From an uncultured Verrucomicrobiae bacterium (GTDB lineage: Bacteria > Verrucomicrobiota > Verrucomicrobiia > Chthoniobacterales > JAFAMB01), in NCBI GenBank assembly GCA_963762565.1, contig CAVXLD010000001.1:1024001-1088000 (forward strand): DNA of 64,000 nt, given 5' to 3'. Below are positions 63,518 through 64,000 of this stretch, in pieces (the first letter of the stretch is position 1; each line of letters begins with the position of its first letter). The notes under the pieces were generated by a model. The model was not told the origin of the DNA and made no database searches. It saw only the letters and a list, made by a program, of their open reading frames with translations. The translations under genes and the position numbers were made by a program.

Positions 63518-64000
63518 CTAGTGGGTTAGCACCTTGAACGCATGGGTCCATAGGTTCTGGCGAAACCCAGGTAGACACCAAAGGATACACAAAGGTTCTA
63601 TCGCTCGGGCCGAGATGATCGTACCACAGTCGAACGGTTCCCAGCCAAACTGCCGGATAACGCCAGACACCACTTTCTTGGCTCCTTCATCGTTTCCACA
63701 CAGAAACATGGTCGGGACGCCTTGTTCGTAATGCGGGTTGATCATTTGACCGCTGCCGACGCTGTTAAACGCTTTCACCACGTGTGTGTCTGGGATCAAT
63801 GCCTGTAGCTTTTCCGCAGCTGATTCGTTCGGACCAGTAGTGAATCCCAGGACGCCCTCAACCGGAGGCGCGTCCGTTATTGGATTAGTGGCGTCGATCA
63901 AAGTCTTTCCTTTGAGATTGGCCGGGCCAGCCAATTGGATAACCTGTTCCACGACTTTCCCTAAAACCGCCAACACGATGAGCTCTCCAAAGCCAGCGGC
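63518..64000 (-). CDS. NADP oxidoreductase (F420_oxidored family), 5' end outside the window
   Basis: IDATNP, SAAEKLQ, VVKAFNS and CGND motifs. Confidence 0.85.
   Translation of the reverse strand, partial: AAGFGELIVLAVLGKVVEQVIQLAGPANLKGKTLIDATNPITDAPPVEGVLGFTTGPNESAAEKLQALIPDTHVVKAFNSVGSGQMINPHYEQGVPTMFLCGNDEGAKKVVSGVIRQFGWEPFDCGTIISARAIEPLCILWCLPGFRQNLWTHAFKVLTH

Overview
Bacterial chromosomal segment, roughly 55-60% GC by eye. Gene content and repeat style suggest a soil Verrucomicrobiota (Chthoniobacterales-like) genome; this is inference. Contents, left to right: a rhamnose-to-lactate catabolic cluster (rhaB, rhaEW-type fusion, lutA, partial lutB); an orphan gene plus a Phd/ParE toxin-antitoxin pair; uppP; two convergent beta-barrel porin paralogs (one frameshifted); an APC permease; mbfA; an MFS carboxylate transporter; an FMN hydroxy-acid oxidase; an SMI1/KNR4 protein; and a nitrogen cluster (cynS, a degenerate PII, GSII, a ~137-aa minimal kinase, a PP2C phosphatase, GSI). 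Then come a GH57 branching enzyme, housekeeping genes (trpS, carB, yicC-like, coaC-like, suhB-like, ispF, cysS, frr, pyrH, ligA), glycosyltransferases, a damaged leuC with intact leuD, an Lrp regulator and a mycobacterial-Sdh1-type succinate dehydrogenase cluster. Best candidates for undescribed biology: (1) a PII-GSII-kinase-phosphatase-GSI module suggesting phosphorylation-based nitrogen control under sigma54; (2) a consensus sigma54 promoter ahead of a ~120-nt GGA-rich rod-shaped RNA; (3) an unannotated 35-aa PAKK histone-H1-like microprotein with an SD-sequestering leader; (4) nested intergenic repeats, made of polarised 7/8/9-mer arms, REP/MITE-like palindromes and a ~31-bp unit found inside the other repeats. 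No CRISPR array, rRNA, intact tRNA or transposase was seen.
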